From: Phaeosaccion multiseriatum
Taxonomy: Eukaryota > Protista > Ochrophyta, other classes
Direction of reading: 5' to 3'
NCBI GenBank assembly: GCA_965112735.1
Contig: OZ218950.1
Location: 6,696,001-6,760,000, forward strand
DNA length: 64,000 bases
The position numbers were made by a program, and so were the translations under genes. Under the pieces are notes generated by a model. It did not search any database. It was not told the origin of the DNA and worked only from the letters and a program-made list of their open reading frames with translations. Below are positions 61,001 to 64,000 of this stretch, one piece after another; positions within the stretch are counted from its first letter, which is position 1; every line of letters begins with the position of its first letter.

Positions 61001-63377
61001 CTCCTCCAGCGCCGCCCACTGGCTGTGCAAGCTCCACAGAGTCTCCAATACGCCCTCCTCTCCTTTGGAGCCCTTAAAGTAAAGAGGCTTGCCGGAGATG
61101 TCCGCGAGCATGCTGAAGAAGCGAGACCGGCACGCCTCTTGCACCTGGCGCGGGATGACGACGTCTGCCGCCGTATCACCAACTGCTGCAGAGGCGCTGT
61201 CCTTCTTGCCCTTCTTCGCACTCTTCTTCTTCTTCTTCTTCTGCTTGTCGCTCTCCTTCTCTCCTCCCGCCCCCGCGTTGTCAAAGAAGCCCACGCGCAG
61301 CAGGAAGGACGACACCCTCGAAAAGAGTAGCTGCTGACCGTGGTCCAGCCCTCCTCCGCCCGCGGCTTTTCCCTTTCCCTTCCCCTTCCCCTTCACACCC
61401 TTCCCTCGCTCCTCCCCGCCTTGATCAGCATCGTTGGCGGCGCTGCCGATACCCATGAGCCTCGTGTTTTTGGTGAGCGAATGCAGCACCTCCACCGCCC
61501 ACACGCGATTCATCAACACCTTCTCCTCGTCGTCTCCTGCCCCTTTCCCCTCTCCCTCCTCCCCCTCGTTGCTGGTGGCCTTACCCAGCACGCAGTCCTC
61601 AAGCATGCCAATGTACTGCTCCACACACGCACCGTCCATGCCCTCCACCAAGCTGCCCACCGTCCTCGTGCCCGTGCGAGAGTCAAACTTGACGCCGCCC
61701 CGAATGACCAACACGCTCACCAACTCCAGCTGTACCTGGGGACTGTCGCTCGTCGCTGCGGCCAGCCCATTCAGAGTCTTTCGAGCGAGCGTGTGCAGTG
61801 TGGCATCGGCGCTGCAGCTGTGATTGAGCAAGACTCGCATCAGAGTCTTACTCAGCACCACTTTCACCGCTTCAGGAGGCACGCGCTCCATAACCTTGAG
61901 AGAGACAAGGCAAGGCGAGGGTATGTGAGCGATGCGGGTGTCAGTTTCAATCTCGAAAGGGTGTGTGTGGGGGGCGGGAGTGTACACGGAGGAAAGGCTC
62001 GGGCCGGGGAGGAAGTCGCGGTGCCCGTTTGAGAACACCCCAGGGCAAAACGAGACAGAAAATAGAGGCGAGGCGGACGTGCTCCTCCCCCCCTGGGCCT
62101 CCCGCTTGTTCGTCACGGTATGTCACTCAAGCATTCACTCAACTCACCTGCGAGAGGAGGAGGAGCGCGAGGCCCTTGGTGGTGTTGGTGCCGTTGGCCA
62201 GGCCCTCGTCCACCACAGTAGTCCACAGCTCCTCCAGCAGCTTCAGACGCTTCGTCCCCAGGCCGGGGGAGGAGGCAGCGGGGCGGGGCAGGGTAAGACC
62301 CAAGTCCGCCCACAGCCGGGGCCAGGCGGCGTGCACCTTGGGGAAGCAGGAGGAGGAGGCCCGCAGGGGGGGGAGGAAGGCCGCGCACTTGCCGGCTCGG
62401 GCCACGCGCTTGTGTCGGGCGCCTTTGGGGAGCAGTGCCAAGGCCTCCCCCACGGCGCCTTCGTCAGCGCCCTCCTCCTCTCCCTCTGCCGCCCCTGCTG
62501 CCGCCTTGGAGCGAATGAGTTGGTGGATGCCGAGGAGCAGCAGGAGCTGGTCCGGTTGCAGCGCGTCAATGCTTAGCTTTGACTTGGCCTTGGCGGACTG
62601 CTGCTCCTCCTCCTTCTCCTCCTGCCCCCCTTCTTCCTTGGAGGACGGATCGCCGGTCACGAGCGGCAGCAGCACGGGAAGGGCCCGCTCCTGGAAGACG
62701 TCCAGACTGAGCGGTGCAGCGATCGCCAGAGCGGCTTCAGAGGCCACCTGCCTTAACCACCGGCGCTTTCCATAGAGAGCCACTACCGCCTCAAGCAGCC
62801 GGAGAGCCCGCCCCGACACATCGTCCTCGCCCTCGCCCTCATCCCCAGCAGCGGCTCCGCTATCCAACCTTCCCGATCGTGCGATGGCCACGCACCCGAA
62901 CATCCGCCCGAAGAAGAGGTCCCGTTCCTCATTTCCCTTGATGTTCCCCGTGCTCTCGGTCACCTTAAAGAGCTTTTCCTCGACCTGCGCGGTGGAGACT
63001 TGGCTGGTCGGGAGCAGCCGCAGCACTTGGCTCAAGCACGCTGCGAACCCCAACCGGGCGGAGTCGCGGGAGGAGCAGAGCCCCTTGACAAGCCTCTGTA
63101 CGGCGTACTGGCCATCTCCCGCCGCGGCTTCACTTCCTGACAAGTGGCGGACGACGGAGATGGCTGCGGCGTGGCGTGTGGCTCCATCGTTGCTCGCCAG
63201 GTCCCAAAAGGCCTGCATGAAGGCCGAGAAGGCAGCTGCATTCTCCCTCTTTGGAGCTTCTATTTTGTTGGTCGCTTTCTCCTCTTCGTCCTCCTCCTGC
63301 TGCTGCTGCGGCTGCTCCATCTCCTCCTCCTCTGAGGACGAAGACGCGTCCGAGCCGGACGTATCCATTGCTGCCAT
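57550..63377 (-). CDS. POL5: DNA polymerase phi / Pol5 / MYBBP1A family nucleolar protein
   Basis: FWDLAS..R..AA, YAVQRLVKGLCSSRDSARLGFA..L, EERDLFFGRMFG, FDSRTGTRTV, D.ALA, ARM-like helices with acidic insertions and a basic C-terminus; about 6 exons. Confidence 0.9.
58361..58450. repeat. Perfect 45-bp tandem duplication in a POL5 intron
   Basis: AAGGCCAAGCCATGGCAGTAAGTAACATGTCCGTTAACACACGCT x2, abutting the donor site. Confidence 0.9.
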
Positions 63378-63638
63378 CGCCGTCCCTCACAGCCCTAATA
63401 TCGACGCGGTCCTGTCTCTCTTCTTCTCGCTGACCGCTGTTCCTTTTAAGGTTTCCACTGCCCTCAACGTCTGGCTTTCTCTGGCTGGAGATCGGCTGGA
63501 CCATTGAGCGTAAAAAAAAAATCTAAGAAACTGAAACTGAGGAATACCCCATCCATTGACTTATTGAATTCCAACTGCTTGCCATTGCAAAATCTTGCCC
63601 CCCATACGAAGCTCATCAGACGAGGCTACGAGGCCTTA

Positions 63639-64000
63639 CATGGAGGAAGCCTCCCGATGGGCACCCGCTCTGGAGCTCGAGAAGACGAGCCGCGCGTCTC
63701 AGCATGCCATCGAGGCAGCCATTGCCGCCAAAGCCTCGGCACAGACCACGGCCGCGGCGGATGCTTCTGCTGCTGCCATCGCTGCTGCAGACGAGCACAC
63801 GGGCGGGGGGGGGGGACGAGGGCGATTTATCATCCAAGGTGGTTGGAGGGTGCCAACAGCACGCTCTCGCACTACCGAGATTGGAGAAACTTGGAGCAGG
63901 CCCTTACGGCGAGTCTAGAGGACGATGTACTGACGGCGCTGGGGAGGATGAGCAGCGACCACGAGATCGCCAAGCAGGCCATGGTAGCTGCCATTGGGGA
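63639..64000 (+). CDS. Probable 5' part of an unknown gene (truncated by window edge)
   Basis: MEEASRWAPALELEKTSRASQHAIEAAIAAKA..., placed divergently from POL5 like the other gene pairs; no recognisable domain. Confidence 0.35.

Noticed and set aside
1-64000. tRNA, rRNA, transposase, reverse transcriptase or recombinase genes
   Set aside because: None recognisable by eye. No enzyme that could drive the LRR array rearrangement is encoded in this window.

Overview
Eukaryotic, GC-rich, intron-rich genomic DNA, most likely from a photosynthetic stramenopile (ochrophyte). The evidence is an ASAFAP-type plastid presequence, a PH-domain DGAT1 and an LRR-ROCO gene. Most ORFs in the supplied track are artefacts of (CT)n/(CCT)n/(GT)n/(CAG)n microsatellites, so I rebuilt genes by hand from GT/GC-AG junctions and phase continuity. 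About 15 genes lie mostly in head-to-head pairs: PI-synthase-like (partial), a plastid-targeted protein with two RbcX-like repeats, SYF1, a long low-complexity IQ protein, a Qc-SNARE, an EGF/Ig-like membrane protein, an ACBP-PH-DGAT1 fusion, YqgF, an intronless DJ-1/PfpI, LRR-ROCO, a DUF676 lipase, a tail-anchored unknown and POL5/MYBBP1A. The standout is the LRR-ROCO locus: about 18 tandem 149-bp cassettes, each a 72-nt one-LRR exon plus a near-identical 76-79-nt intron. It shows variation concentrated at ligand-facing codons, recent duplications, mosaic exons and microhomology-deleted cassettes, and looks like a modular immune-receptor diversification array. A dispersed 15-16-nt motif (CTGTATCACCAACTGC) also recurs about 12 times in exons, introns and intergenic DNA. 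All homology calls are from motif recognition; no searches were run.
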